A stretch of DNA of 64,000 nt from Octopus vulgaris (GCA_951406725.2 OX597838.1:4402001-4466000), one strand, 5' to 3'. Shown: positions 1-12,397, counted from the first letter of the stretch. A program made the numbers and translations. Notes: a model not told the origin generated them from the sequence alone.

Positions 1-24
1 CCTTCCAAACACTGCTGTTAGCAG

Positions 25-134
25 CGGAAGTGAGCTAGAATGTTAAAACTTAGTGCGCATGCACAGCAGAGTTCAAGGTCAATCTGTGCCAAGCGGCTTC
101 AGTCTGCGTGCTTTAGCTTCGTTACTATAGCAAC
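25..134. promoter_or_regulatory. Promoter-like motif cluster: ETS, NRF1-like and RFX X-box
   Basis: CGGAAGTG at 25-32, GTGCGCATGCAC at 53-64 and GTTACTATAGCAAC at 121-134, all within 110 bp of non-repetitive sequence. Confidence 0.5.
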
Positions 135-736
135 AGTCCGGATATTTATTGATCAGGCAATGTATGTATATTCATCTTCCCTTCCTAACTGGTGGTGGAG
201 TTGCACCAAGCTGTAAAGAAAAGGGCCCCTGTTTTCTTCGTCGTCCATCATCATGCAGTCATTTCCCTCCTCAGATTTTAAAAAGGTTTTGCATATTTCT
301 ATCCAGGGGCAACGTTCTTTCTCCAAGAATCCAAGTTCAACGATTTTTGATCCAGACAGTTTGGCATGGTTTTTCATCTAACACATCCACTCGTATGGCT
401 TTGGTCTGCCTGAAGCTATAGTAGAACACATTTGCCCAAGGTGCCATGCAGGGTCACCAAGTAACTTGCAAAACAAAGATCCTTCGAGAAGGGAGAGGAC
501 TTTGGAGGAAGGGATCTTGTGTCTTTGAACTCCGCTTAATTTCTTATACTTGAAAAGGGAGATTTTTCCCAAAATATAGGATCATTAAACAATTCATGTA
601 AGATAATACAATATCTTTTCTTTTTCTTTTTCTTTATTGACATTACCTTACAGATTTTGTCTCCTCCAGCATTGATTAAAGGTTTTTCATATATTTATGT
701 AATTTACACACACACACACACACACATACACAAATA

Positions 737-958
737 TACGAAGAGGTGCTGAAAACTCCCTGGCTTTGGGTAATAGAAAATACAAGCGGATCAGTTAATT
801 ATGATTTTATTTAACACACTCCCCTCTCAGATTCACACACTTATTGCTGTGGTCCTTCAATTTTTCTAATCCCTGCAAAAGAACTCAGAAGGTTCGGCCT
901 CCAAACAAGGCCTTCGCGATACCCTTAAAATCCAGGAACTTTGCTGCACTCCATCGTA
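737..958. mobile_element. Tc1/mariner-derived MITE
   Basis: Imperfect TIRs TACGAAGAGGTGCTGAAAACTCCCTGG / CCAGGAACTTTGCTGCACTCCATCGTA with TA ends; a related partial copy lies at about 62090-62226. Confidence 0.7.
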
Positions 959-1315
959 TGTAAAATGGTTAAAGATAAAGAAAACTTGACCGATCCTTTA
1001 AGCTTTATAAAACATGTCATTATTGCACAAAGCAATTGACCTGGTTGCGAAAATACAACGAACTCGCTTCCTCTACATTCCCAGCAAAAAATCCTTTCTC
1101 TGAAATTGAAACCTTTCGTTATAATATCATGTCTTCCACGTAAAATTTTTCGAAAAGTTTGAGAACCTCAGAGTTAAGGAATGAATACAATGCAAAGAAG
1201 ACTGCAGAAATGCAAACGAACTTTGTACAGAATAAATTTTAATACCAAATCTATCTTTTTGTTGCTTAATTAATATAATTATCCCAGGGTTTCTGCAGAA
1301 GATCCAACAGAAATA

Positions 1316-1548
1316 TACCTATTTCTTTATTACCCACAAGGGGCTAAACACAGAGAGGACAAACAAGGACAGACAAACGGATTAAGTCAATTACATCGAC
1401 CCCAGTGCATAACTGGTTTTTATTTAGTCGACCCCGAAAGGATGAAAGGCAAAGTCGACCTCGGCGGAATTTGAACTCAGAACGTAACGGCAGACGAAAT
1501 ACGGCTACGCATTTCGCCCGGCGTGCTAACGTTTCTGCCAGCTAGCCG
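1316..1548 (-). mobile_element. tRNA-derived SINE family A (Meta-SINE-like core), full copy
   Basis: B-box GAGTTCAAATTCC and core GTCGACTTTGCCTTTCATCCTTTCGGGGTCG; many further copies, e.g. 20504-20730, 24240-24390, 28447-28665, 32568-32970, 37490-37690, 41560-42090, 42745-42950, 43360-43522, 50090-50490, 51320-51960, 54922-55330, 58075-58305, 60572-60925. Confidence 0.9.
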
Positions 1549-1794
1549 CGGATGACAACAGGTCGCCCAAACTGTGCCAGTGCACTAATCAAAGCTTAAG
1601 CACATTAATTGACCTATAGCTTTTAGTCCAAAGTATTAATTACATTCATATATCTAGTGGTGGTTGTCTACTCTTTATGCGGAGTCTGACGGCCTCTTGT
1701 ACACCTTCGATCCATCATGGCGTCTGATGTGGCTTTTTAAACCAGACGACAACCACATAGCCGCAGTTATATGACTGACCCCAAGTAAAAACTT

Positions 1795-2170
1795 GTTTCA
1801 GTCATTTGGCTGTGGCCATGCTAGAGCACCGCCTTTAGTCGAGCAAATCGACCCCAGGACTTATTCTTTGTAAACCCAGTACTTATTCTATCGGTCTCTT
1901 TTACAGAGCCGCCGAGTTACGGGGACGTAAACGCACCGGCATCGGTTGTCAAGCGATGATGTGGGAACAAACACAGACACACATATATATATATATAAAT
2001 ATATATACGACGGGCTTCTTTCAGTTTCCATTTACCAAATCCAATCACAGGGCTTTGGTCAGCCTGAGAGCATAGTAGAAGACACTTGTCCAAAGTGCCT
2101 CGCTGTGGGACTGAACCCAGAACCATGTGGTTGGTAAGCAACCTACTTACCACACAGCCACTCCTGTGCA
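1795..2170 (-). mobile_element. tRNA-derived SINE family B (CORE-like, internal TA/CA microsatellite)
   Basis: Family head GGCTGTGTGGTAAG...GGTTCAGTCCC and core GGCAC(C/T)TTGG(G/A)CAAGTGTCTT; other copies at 3835-4258, 9235-9880, 13680-13960, 17180-17300, 24885-25305, 30035-30240, 34410-34780, 41000-41545, 48670-49230, 57945-58070. Confidence 0.9.
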
Positions 2171-2784
2171 TATATCTATCTATTTGTCTATTGTGTGTGT
2201 ATGTGGAAGAGAGCAGAAGGAACAATCAATTGGCTCGGGCACAACAAAAGGCAGGGTTAATCATGGCTTTAAGTGAAATGCATTTGGTCATAGGTCCGGT
2301 TGGTTAGAGCTGACCATGGGCTAAACAACAATAGCAACAACAACAACAACTCATGACAGTTTGATAGAAAAATAAAATAAAAACATCGTTCACAATTTGA
2401 TCGTTAACGGCGGTGATTTTAATTTGGTCTATATACAAAGTAAATGAAATATTAGATATGGAGAAGAGAGTCTCAGGGTAACAATGATGATGATGATGAT
2501 GTTGATGATAATGATGATGATGATGACGATGATAATGATGATGACGATGATTGTTACATATATACATCATGCTTTCACACACGCACACACACACACACAC
2601 ACGCGAGCGGAAATGTCGTATGGGTTTAATGAGACCGAGACAAGGGTTTGAAACAAAGACTTCAGCATGAATTTCTGTATCCACACTGTTTTTTCTTTTT
2701 TTTTTTTTTTTTTTGCTGTTGTCAGCTGTTTTTTGCTGTTCGATAGAATGTACATACATACATTCATTTATGCATACACAGACT

Positions 2785-2815
<31 letters not shown>

Positions 2816-2899
2816 GTACGTTATTATTAAAAACAATTTGATTCGGCCCCATGTCAGTTTCGTAGGCTTCAAACAGAAACCGAACTCGTCGGACAGTTA

Positions 2900-2971
<72 letters not shown>

Positions 2972-3131
2972 ATGTATGTATGTATATATGTATGTATGTA
3001 TGTATATATATATATATCTATGTATGTATGTATGTATATAATATGTGTACGTATGTATGTATATATATATATATATATATGCACCTTCATGTTTTGGATT
3101 CTATTTTTCCTGTTTGCATTGCCATATCTAT

Positions 3132-3169
<38 letters not shown>

Positions 3170-3240
3170 TACATATATAAAAGTTCAGGATTCAAGTGAA
3201 TCAGGTATATGTTTTTTTTTAAGATGTTGAATTCACGTGT

Positions 3241-3329
3241 ATTCACCTGAAGAAAACATTTTTTTCGCATGATGTAATAACTCGCTTCATCCAAAAAAAA
3301 AAAACGTGTTTGAAACAGCTGTAGTGAAT
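3241..3329 (+). ncRNA. Minimal type I hammerhead ribozyme motif (Penelope-type)
   Basis: Stem I ATTCAC/GTGAAT; core CTGAAGA; stem II AAACA/TGTTT plus T/A extension; GAAAC-AGCT-GTA (palindromic stem III, GUA triplet, cut predicted after 3323). Confidence 0.8.
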
Positions 3330-3493
3330 GAACCAATTTCGATCTGTTGTGTATATATATATATATATATATACATACAGAGTTTGTTTTCTTATATCAT
3401 AAGAAACGATGGCAGTTAATTAAAAAGGATTTAAACTTTCTTATGAAATGATATAAGTACATACAAAGAGGTATATATATATATATATATATC

Positions 3494-3642
3494 CAGGGCC
3501 ACTCGGGCAGCTGCTCGGGGCGCTACGTGTTAGTGGGCGCCAAAGAGGGCGTGAGGAAGACAAGGAAATTTCCACGACCTTCAGCTTGTACACATCGAAG
3601 TTCAGCTTGCCGGGGACACCAGCAACCCTAGGGCTGACTCTG
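3494..3642. mobile_element. hAT (Tip100/MER91-like) MITE remnant
   Basis: GC-rich island between microsatellites with ends CAGGGCC... and ...GGGCTGACTCTG. Confidence 0.45.
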
Positions 3643-4043
3643 TGTGTGTGTGCGTAATGTATATGTAATATATATATATATATAATGTATGTACGTGTAT
3701 GTATGTATAAATGTGTATATATTTATGAGTGTACATATATATGTATATATATATATGTATTTGTATATGTGCGTATATATTAGTTAAGGCATAGGTTTAA
3801 AATGAATTTAAGGTTTTAGCATGCATGTCTCTTTTACTCTTTTACTTGTTTCAGTCATTTGACTGCGGCCATGCTGGAGCACCGCCTTTAATCGAGCAAC
3901 TCGACCCCGGGACTTATTCCTTGTAAGCCCAGTACTTATTCTATCGGTCTCTTTTGCCGAACCGCTAAGTGACGGGGACATAAACACACCAGCATCGGTT
4001 GTCAAGCAATGCTAGGGGGACAAACACAGACACACAAACATAT

Positions 4044-4090
<47 letters not shown>

Positions 4091-4413
4091 TACGACGGGC
4101 TTCTTTCAGTTTCCGTCTACCAAATCCACTCACAAGGCCTTGGTCGGCCCGAGGCTATAGTAGAAGACACTTGCCCAAGATGCCACGCAGTGGGACTGAA
4201 CCCGGAACCATGTGGTTGGTAAACAAGCTACTTACCACACAGCCACTCCTGCGCCTATATACACACATATACACATGCATGCTCCTCTGAAACTTATATT
4301 TATATATCTTGATACACCCCCCCACACACACACACATCTGTATATCTTCACACGCGTGCGTACACATACAAACACACACACACACGTACGCCATCTTTTC
4401 ATCCATTTCCATC

Positions 4414-5461
4414 TCAGACATGGACCTCATTCTTTGTGTTGTCGATGTCTTGGTACAAAGTCTGATCGTCGCAACAATCGTCTGCTACGTTTCTGTATAT
4501 CATGCCCTCGTTTTGCCACTGTTGCAGCGACGACGACGACGATAAAGACGGTGATGGCGACGACGAAAGTGACGAGGCAGCGTTCGTCTTTGCAACGTCG
4601 TTGCTGTGTCCGGCTTCTTCGCCATCGAACATGGCGTTTTGGTAGACGTGCGACTGGACGACGGCAGCGCGCCGTTGTTTTCTTGGTTGTCGCGTGTCAG
4701 GGCACTTAATGCAGTCACTGTGCGATGGGCTGTTGTTGTTGTTGTTGCAATTGCTGTTGTTGTTGTTGCTGTTGTTATTGTTGCTGTTGCTATATGGAAC
4801 GCTGTAAATGATGTCACTTTCGTCCTCCTGCTCGTCATCCTCTTCTTTACTGTTCAGATAGATATAGATTCCACTGTCGCAGGTTTTGCTGCGACTCCCT
4901 TCGATGCTGTCATCATCCCCATTATTGTTTTTGCGGTCATCACCAGCACCAGCGCCACCACCATCAGCAGTATCGTCACCACGATCGTCGGACGATTTCT
5001 GGTTGTTAAATTTAGAACGAGATTTTGGTACGTTGTAAGTATCTTCATTTTTCGTCTTTGCAAGGTCTGTTAGTTCCATAAATTCGCCTTTAGCCTTATC
5101 ACTTCTTCCACTGCCATCCTTACCACGACCACCTCTACCGTTGCCGTTAACATCCGTCTTGTTATCTTGGTTGATGTCTTCGTACGTTGCATAGTGCAAT
5201 GGCTGCGAAGTGTTGTTGGTGCTGCTCTTAATTTCTGAGTATATATCATCGTTGTCGTTGTTAGCAGAGGTTCCTTCAGAACTTTCCGGCCTCTCGTTGA
5301 CGTAAATATCTGAAGAACTACCACAATTCTGTTCAGGCTCCTCTCTTATCCTGCAGGTTTTCGCATTTCCTTGCCCAAATTTTGGATCAGGGAGCACATA
5401 AAGTGTGTCTCCTCGGGTCCTGCCGCCGCAGTTTCCTTCCTCGAGGTCATCAAATCTGTAC
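4414..5461 (-). CDS. EMI-domain receptor, terminal coding exon 9 (acidic, Tyr-motif-rich tail ending EVHV-stop)
   Basis: Acceptor TTCTTTTTTTTTAG|; 1048 nt open frame (track ORF 4414..5484), GC-richer than the flanks; total CDS of 1890 nt is divisible by 3. Confidence 0.88.
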
Positions 5462-5758
5462 CTAAAAAAAAAGAAGAAAAACAATTAGAGCAAAATTAAA
5501 AAAAAACAACATAGGACTTATTTATTTAACAATGGTTAAATACTGTTCTGTTGATTTTGTTGTTATTGTTGTTGTTTGGGTTGATGCAGTGAAGTAGCGA
5601 AAGGATGGTGTTGCTTGGTTTGGCATAGTGTAGTATGAAATATTACACAGGTTGGGGTTAGTGGTGTATAAGAGATGTTAAAACTAACATATATACACGC
5701 ATATTCTTAAATAGATACATATATGTATATGTGTGTGCGTATATACTCACACAAACAC

Positions 5759-5813
<55 letters not shown>

Positions 5814-6036
5814 CATATGTATATATGTGTATGTGTGTGTGTATATGGAGAAACAAGCAGATGAAAAATGGAGTTTAAATGGATGTGATTGCTGATTTAT
5901 TTGAACGTTGTAGAAAGATGGCATTTTTTAAAAAACACATTACTAATAGATTTGAAGTTTAAAGCTCAAAAAAGTTAAGGAAAAAAAACGTAAGATGAAC
6001 CTACATATATGTTTCTGTCAAAACGAATAAGCAGAT

Positions 6037-6567
6037 AGGAAAGACCTGGGATGAGGTGGTGAATCGTGACCTTCGAACATTGGGCCTCACCGAGGTAATG
6101 ACAAGTGACTGAGACCTTTGGAGATATGCTGTGCTTGAGAAGACCCGGTAAGCCAAGTGAGACCATAACCGTGGCCTATGCCAGTGCAGCATAACCAGTC
6201 CATTGAAGAGTACCCTTCAGTCATTGGGCAATAAACTTTGCTTGTGAAGACCTGTTGACGCAAGTGAAGTCGTTGATGTGGCCGATGACAGTACCGCCTC
6301 ATTGGTACCCATGCCAGTGGCACGTAAAAAACACCATTCGAGCGTAGTCGTTGCAAGTGCTGCCTGATTGGCTCCTGTGCCGGTGGCACGTAAAAGCACC
6401 CACTACACCTTCGGAGTGGTTGGTGTTAGGAAGGTCATCCAGCTGTAGAAACCAGGCCAAATCAGACTGGAGCCTCGTACTGCTCCTCTCCTTGCCACCT
6501 CTGGTCAAGCCGTCCAATGCATTCAAGCATGGACAACGGACATTAAATGATGATGATGACGATGATG
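6037..6567 (+). mobile_element. RTE-clade LINE 3' fragment
   Basis: RKTWDEVVNRDLRTLGLTEVMTSD*DLWRYAVLEKTR C-terminus, 3' UTR and (GAT)n tail; the same 3' end recurs at 14710-14955 (-) and 31650-31885 (+). Confidence 0.75.
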
Positions 6568-6571
6568 GCAC

Positions 6572-6627
<56 letters not shown>

Positions 6628-6720
6628 CAACAATTGAGGGTAAAATTAATTAATTATTAATCAATTTCACCAAGTATTCAGTATGTAAAGGGACCATTTT
6701 AGGCGAATTCAAAATATTAC

Positions 6721-7187
6721 ATTATATATAAGGGCTTAGTAAAATAAATTACTTTGCCACATACTGAACTCATTAGAAATAGCAGCTAAAGAAATTTCTT
6801 CAGCTATTTCTAATACTTAAAGATCTCTCAGATAGTGCTTGCCTAGACCAACTCACAAAGGTATGGGGGAAAAAACATTAAAAGTGATAAGAAGCCGAAA
6901 GGGTATGCTCCCGACTTTCAGTGTTCCCAAATCCGATTCAAGGAATTCTGAGCTGACGAAAGAAATGTCGAATTGACTAATCTAGAAACGTACGTTCTCA
7001 AATAACCTTTGCACTTGATTTTTTAATGTTTTTCCCCCATACCTTTGTGAGTTGGTCTAGGCAAGCACTATCTGAGAGAGATCTTCTTTAAGTATTAGAA
7101 ATAGCTGAAGAAATTTCTTTAGCTGCTATTTCTAATGAGTTCAGTATGTGGCAAAGTAATTTATTTTACTAAGCCCTTATATATAAT
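6721..7187. repeat. Long near-perfect inverted repeat (arms 6721-6883 and 7021-7187)
   Basis: Arms are reverse complements with one small indel region; spacer about 137 bp. Confidence 0.9.
6949..7000 (+). ncRNA. Degenerate hammerhead ribozyme motif in the loop of a long inverted repeat
   Basis: TGAG-CTGACGA-[partial stem II]-GAAAC-GTAC-GTT-CTCA; palindromic ACGTACGT stem III. Confidence 0.55.
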
Positions 7188-7373
7188 ATATATATATATA
7201 TACATACATATCCGTGTATGTGCATGGTGCACGTGTATATTCGTAAATATTATGTATATGTGTGTGTGCGTGTGTGTGTGTCTACGTACACATACACACA
7301 CGCATATATGTAGATGTATGCATGTATCTGGATGTATGGTTGGTAGGAAGCTAGACAGAGAGATGCTACATAC

Positions 7374-7485
7374 CGAGAGCCTCGTGTGGAGAGCATCCTG
7401 TTGACGTTGGGTGTGTCCGAGGTGAAACCGTTGTTCATGCTGACGTAGTAGTTCTCATCCGGTGCCGCCACGTTACAGCTTAAAC
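7374..7485 (-). CDS. EMI-domain receptor, coding exon 8 (cytoplasmic)
   Basis: Acceptor CTCTTTTACGTAAAG|, donor CG|GTATGT; 112 nt, phase 1-2; GLSCNVAAPDENYYVSMNNGFTSDTPNVNRMLSTRGS. Confidence 0.8.
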
Positions 7486-7537
7486 CTTTACGTAAAAGAG
7501 AGAGACGAGACATGAATGTACTGGCAAAGGAGGTAGG

Positions 7538-7573
<36 letters not shown>

Positions 7574-7612
7574 TAGATAGATAGGTAGATAGAGAGATAG
7601 ATAGAAAGACAC

Positions 7613-7674
<62 letters not shown>

Positions 7675-7686
7675 AAAGAGATTGAT

Positions 7687-7721
<35 letters not shown>

Positions 7722-7895
7722 CAGACAGATAATTAGACAGAGAGACAGACAGATAGATAGATGGATATATGGATAGATTAGATAGACGGATGGATGAATA
7801 GATAGATAGATAGAATCCGTGCAACATCTATGTTCCTCCCCATGCCCGTCATCTCTTATGTCCCTGCTGTAAGGCTTCTCTTCCACACAAGCCAG

Positions 7896-8240
7896 CTTAA
7901 TTTAATTCGTCCTTAGTCGAAAGACACCTGTTGTTAATGTCTTGTTGTTTGCATTTGTATTTGTGTACCATTTCTCCGTTTTTTTTCCGTCCTTGTTTTC
8001 GTATACATTCGCTGCTTTCTTCCAAGGAATCTAGTGCTCTTAGCTTAGTTTTTCCTTGGGGTTGGCCAGATTGGAGCAATCTGAAGAATAATCAGCCGAA
8101 ATTGCGAAGATAATCTGGAACTCAACTGAGGAAAGAAAACTCAGAATGACCCGTCCTTGTTTTTTCTTGTCCTTTTTTTTTGTATCATCTGTCTGGATGT
8201 TTTGCGTTCTTGTCCCATTTTTTGTATTCCTTTATATATA
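7896..8240. mobile_element. Interspersed repeat, probable Penelope-like fragment
   Basis: Homologous, in inverted orientation, to 57477-57608 (shared AATCAGCCGAAATTGCGAAGAT); abuts TA repeats. Confidence 0.5.
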
Positions 8241-8319
8241 TATAGACATTTAGATAGATAGATAGATGGATGGATGGATACATTTGTTGACAGATACATG
8301 CACGGACAGAGACAGACAG

Positions 8320-8363
<44 letters not shown>

Positions 8364-8425
8364 ATATATATAGGCAGCCTGAGAGAGAGAGAGAGAGAGA
8401 GTGAGAGATAGATAGATAGATAGAT

Positions 8426-8466
<41 letters not shown>

Positions 8467-8479
8467 GTGAGATATATAC

Positions 8480-8553
8480 CTTCAGGTAAGTCCCAGCAGT
8501 TGTTTCGTGAGTTTGGTGGAAGAGCGAGGACTTCTCTGTCACACGGGATTTCA
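8480..8553 (-). CDS. EMI-domain receptor, coding exon 7 (cytoplasmic)
   Basis: Acceptor TTTTTTACAG|, donor AAG|GTATAT; 74 nt, phase 2-1; EIPCDREVLALPPNSRNNCWDLPE. Confidence 0.8.
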
Positions 8554-8618
8554 CTGTAAAAAACCAACACAAAGAAAGATGGATTAGTTATCTTCTACGA
8601 TTCGACAGAAATGGAGAC

Positions 8619-8650
<32 letters not shown>

Positions 8651-9333
8651 AGGAGGGAGAGAGAGAGAGAGAGAAGGAGAGAGAGAGAGAGAGAGAAGGA
8701 GGGGAAGAGAGAGAAAGAGAGAGTGGGAGGAGAGAGAGAGAGAGAGAAAGAAACAGTTTATAATTGCACTTTAATAACACATTTTACTTTGTCCGATCCT
8801 AAAGCATTTAAATGTATAAAATGCAGTTTATCCACAAACTTGGCCCTTTCAGTAAGATTATACATACATACATACATACATTCATACATACATACATTCA
8901 TACACACACGCATAAATATCTGTGTGTATACGTATGTATATATGCATGTTTTTGTATATTTATAGTCGAATAATATTTTAAGGGAGATAACTCCAGCTTT
9001 ACACTAGAATATAAATCAGTAGTATTCGTAGTTACACGTGGTTGTCTACCTTTGTAGAACCCTTTTCCCGTATGGAATATGGGATTGTTGCGTTTACTGT
9101 TTTAGAGGTTGTTTAATCTTTGGTGAGGATGGACACAGTTGACCTGTAACCAATGACATTTAAGCAGTTTACCCCCTATCTTCTTCTTTTGTTTTTGTTT
9201 TTACTAACATCGTCTCACTCCTGGCACATTGGCTAGGGTCTTCTACTATAACCCTTGTCAGTGGATTTGGTAGACGGAAACTGAAAGAAGCCCGTCGTCA
9301 CACACACACACATATGTACATATACTACATAAA

Positions 9334-9364
<31 letters not shown>

Positions 9365-9432
9365 TGTATGCATGTATGTATGTATGTATGTATGTTTGTA
9401 TGTATGTGTTTGTGTGAGAGAGAAAGAAAGAG

Positions 9433-9496
<64 letters not shown>

Positions 9497-9566
9497 CGAG
9501 AGAGAGAAATAATGGTAAACACAAGTTTGTATCATTTGTTCTTTTCGAATGTTTCACTGTTGTCAT

Positions 9567-9695
<129 letters not shown>

Positions 9696-9900
9696 TGCGT
9701 CTGTTTGTCAACTACCATCGCTTGACAACCGATGTTGGTCTGTTTACGTCCCCGTAAGTTAACGGTTCGGCAAAAAGAGACCGATAAAATAAGTACTAGG
9801 CTTACGAAGAATAAGTGCTGGGGTCGATTTGTCCGACTAAAAAGGCGGTGCTCCAGCTTGGCCGCTGAAACAAGTAAAAGGATTAAAAAATGTAATGTAC

Positions 9901-10063
9901 CTTGGAGAGTTGGCTGCCTTCTTCCTGCGCCGACATGCAACAATAATTGCAGCCAAGAGACAAGCTGCAACAGCCGCACTGACCACGACCGCGATTTTGG
10001 TGACCATACTGCTTCCAGAGGTGATGGACACTTCGCCGTATCGAGGAAAATAACTGCTGTTGG
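9901..10063 (-). CDS. EMI-domain receptor, coding exon 6 (transmembrane helix)
   Basis: Acceptor TTCCTTGCAG|, donor AG|GTACAT; 163 nt, phase 1-2; hydrophobic IAVVVSAAVAACLLAAIIVAC followed by the basic stop-transfer RRRKK. Confidence 0.9.
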
Positions 10064-10324
10064 CTGCAAGGAACGAAATAAACAAATAAATATATAAATA
10101 AATAAATAAAATATGAGATGTGATAGAAGGGTGGTGGTGGCGGTGGTGGTGGCGATGGCGATGGTGGTTGTAGAGGTGGAGTGGTGGTCAAGCAAGGGTT
10201 GCATAAAGTGTGGTAGGCGGGTGGTTGGTCGATATTGGTTTTAGTTAGTGGTGGTGGTGGTAGTGGTGGAGGAGGAAAACAGTGTACAGAAAGAAAGAGG
10301 GAGAGAAAGAGAGAGATAGAGAGA

Positions 10325-10358
<34 letters not shown>

Positions 10359-10690
10359 AGAAAGAATAAGAGAAGAGTTTCCTGATATATGTTAGCTCAA
10401 CCCTGACCAGAATCTATAGAATCGAGATTACGAGGAAACGCTGAATGGCCGTTCGACATGCTAGAAATTGCAGCCCCAAATCCCTCCAAACCGAAAATCT
10501 TACTCCCTAAACTATGTTCCTTAGCCAATGTAATCAAAGACGTAGAATAACAGGAAATGGTCATGTTTGGAATGCCTTTGATTGTAGGTGTACTCGGCCA
10601 GTTCTAAACTGATCTGGAGGGACTAAAGAAATGCAGCAACAAGAAGAACACGATCCAAAAGAGCAACAGGAAGAATGTAATGACACTCAC

Positions 10691-10807
10691 TATACGTCGT
10701 GGTGACAGTTTGGTTCCAGGGAGAGGATTTGGTGGTGCCACTATAAGCAGCTTTGGTAAAAAGAGGACCTCCATCGATCCTTATTCTGCCTGAAGAGTGA
10801 ATTTCAA
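10691..10807 (-). CDS. EMI-domain receptor, coding exon 5 (stalk)
   Basis: Acceptor TTCTCCAG| with a TACTAAC branch-point consensus about 35 nt upstream; donor A|GTGAGT; 117 nt, phase 1-1; EIHSSGRIRIDGGPLFTKAAYSGTTKSSPWNQTVTTTY. Confidence 0.8.
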
Positions 10808-10935
10808 CTGGAGAATTTAACAGAGACATGCAGACATTCGCGTTAGTACAATCGGCAGCTGTGGTTCAACGTTGGTGATGGCGGTTTTAGAGAACGGTGT
10901 GAATAAGTGTGTGTGTGTGTGTGCGTATGGTGAAG

Positions 10936-11614
10936 GTTAGTTAGTTAGTTAATTTTTTTGGCTCAAAAAGTGAAAAGCAAGGCCATGTAGGGGGACATGG
11001 AGTTATGTACAGGATGGTATTCATGTAAAGAGTTCAGGCCACTTGTGGTCAAGGGAGACTTTGAACCGAGCGGTCGTCGGCATCTTTACTATCTCGTCCG
11101 GCAGCTTATCCCACGGATCCGCAATCCGGACGGAGAAAGCCCCCTCTCCTTCGATTGAGATGAAATCGTCGCAGATAGAGCTTTTCGGAATGACCCCGCA
11201 GCCGACGCTCTGGAGCAGGAGTGAAGAACAGCTCTTTCGAGAGTTTACACTTTCCGCTTATGATGTTGTGAGCAAGAATGAGATCACCACGGCGTCGTCG
11301 TTTTTCTAGAGAATAAAGGTCGAGCGTCTTCAGCCTTTCTTCATAAGACAAATTCTTGAGACCAAGAACCATGCGGGTAGCCAGCTTCTGGACTCTTTCG
11401 AGATGCTGTATGTATTTGAGGAGATAAGGAGAAGAGGCTTGAATCCCGTACTCCAATATGGGTCTCACCAGCGTGACATAGAGCGGTAGGAATATGGCTG
11501 CTGTGAGCATTCCGAATGACCGTCGAATCAAGAACAGAACTCCGCGTGCTTTGTTGGCAGCATGGATGCACTGGGCCGAAGGCGAAAAGGAGGAAACCAC
11601 CAGGATACCCAGGT
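10936..11614 (-). mobile_element. CR1-clade LINE, 5'-truncated
   Basis: LYVTLVRPILEYG...LERVQKLATRMV...LSYEERLKTLDLYSLEKRRRRGDLI is a typical CR1 ORF2 C-terminus; (AACT)n 3' tail. Confidence 0.9.
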
Positions 11615-12242
11615 GTGTAGATTAGTGGTTCGGTTCCCGGTGACGCGCTGTCTCCTTGGGCCAGGCATTTTATTACACGTTGCTCCATACCACTCAGCAG
11701 GCAAAAAATTGAGTTGCACTTGTAATTCAAAAAAAGGGGCCAACCTTGTCATATTCGGTGATATGCTGGATCTCTCCGAGAACTACGTTAAGGGTACACG
11801 TGTCTGTGGAGTGCTCAGCCACTTGCACGTTAATTTTTTCACGAGCAGGCTGTTCCGTTGATCGGATCAACTGGAACCCTCGTCGTCGCAACCGACGGAA
11901 TGCCAAATATGTGTGTGTGTGTGTGTGTGTGTGTGATAAGCATGACTCAGTGTCTTTCGCAAATATGTATGTTCCTCGATACATATCCGTGTGTGTGTGT
12001 GTGTGCAAGTCCCTCATATGCGTATCAGCTTTGAGTGCCTGTTTGTGTATGGACTCCAGTGTGTGTGTGTGTAACCTTGTGTAGCTGTGTGTGAGCATGT
12101 ACGCTTTGTGTATGTGCGTGAGAGCGTGTGTATGCGAGCGTGTGTATGTATGTGTATACGTTTGTCTGTGTGTGCATATACGCGAGTGAGTGTGTAACAT
12201 GAATGTTTGTTCAGATATTCACGAGTGTCATTAGTATTATTA

Positions 12243-12285
<43 letters not shown>

Positions 12286-12362
12286 CATTATTATTATTAT
12301 TATTATTATCATTATTATTATTATTATTGTTATTGTTATTGTTATTGTTATTATTATTATTA

Positions 12363-12397
<35 letters not shown>

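Noticed and set aside
153-421. Short ORFs next to the promoter-like cluster
   Set aside because: No recognisable domain or consistent splice partners; could not be supported.
4212-5073. Plus-strand ORFs of 165 aa and 155 aa
   Set aside because: Antisense shadows of the real minus-strand terminal exon.
11106-11600. 164 aa ORF as a host gene or exon
   Set aside because: It is the C-terminus of a truncated CR1 LINE ORF2.
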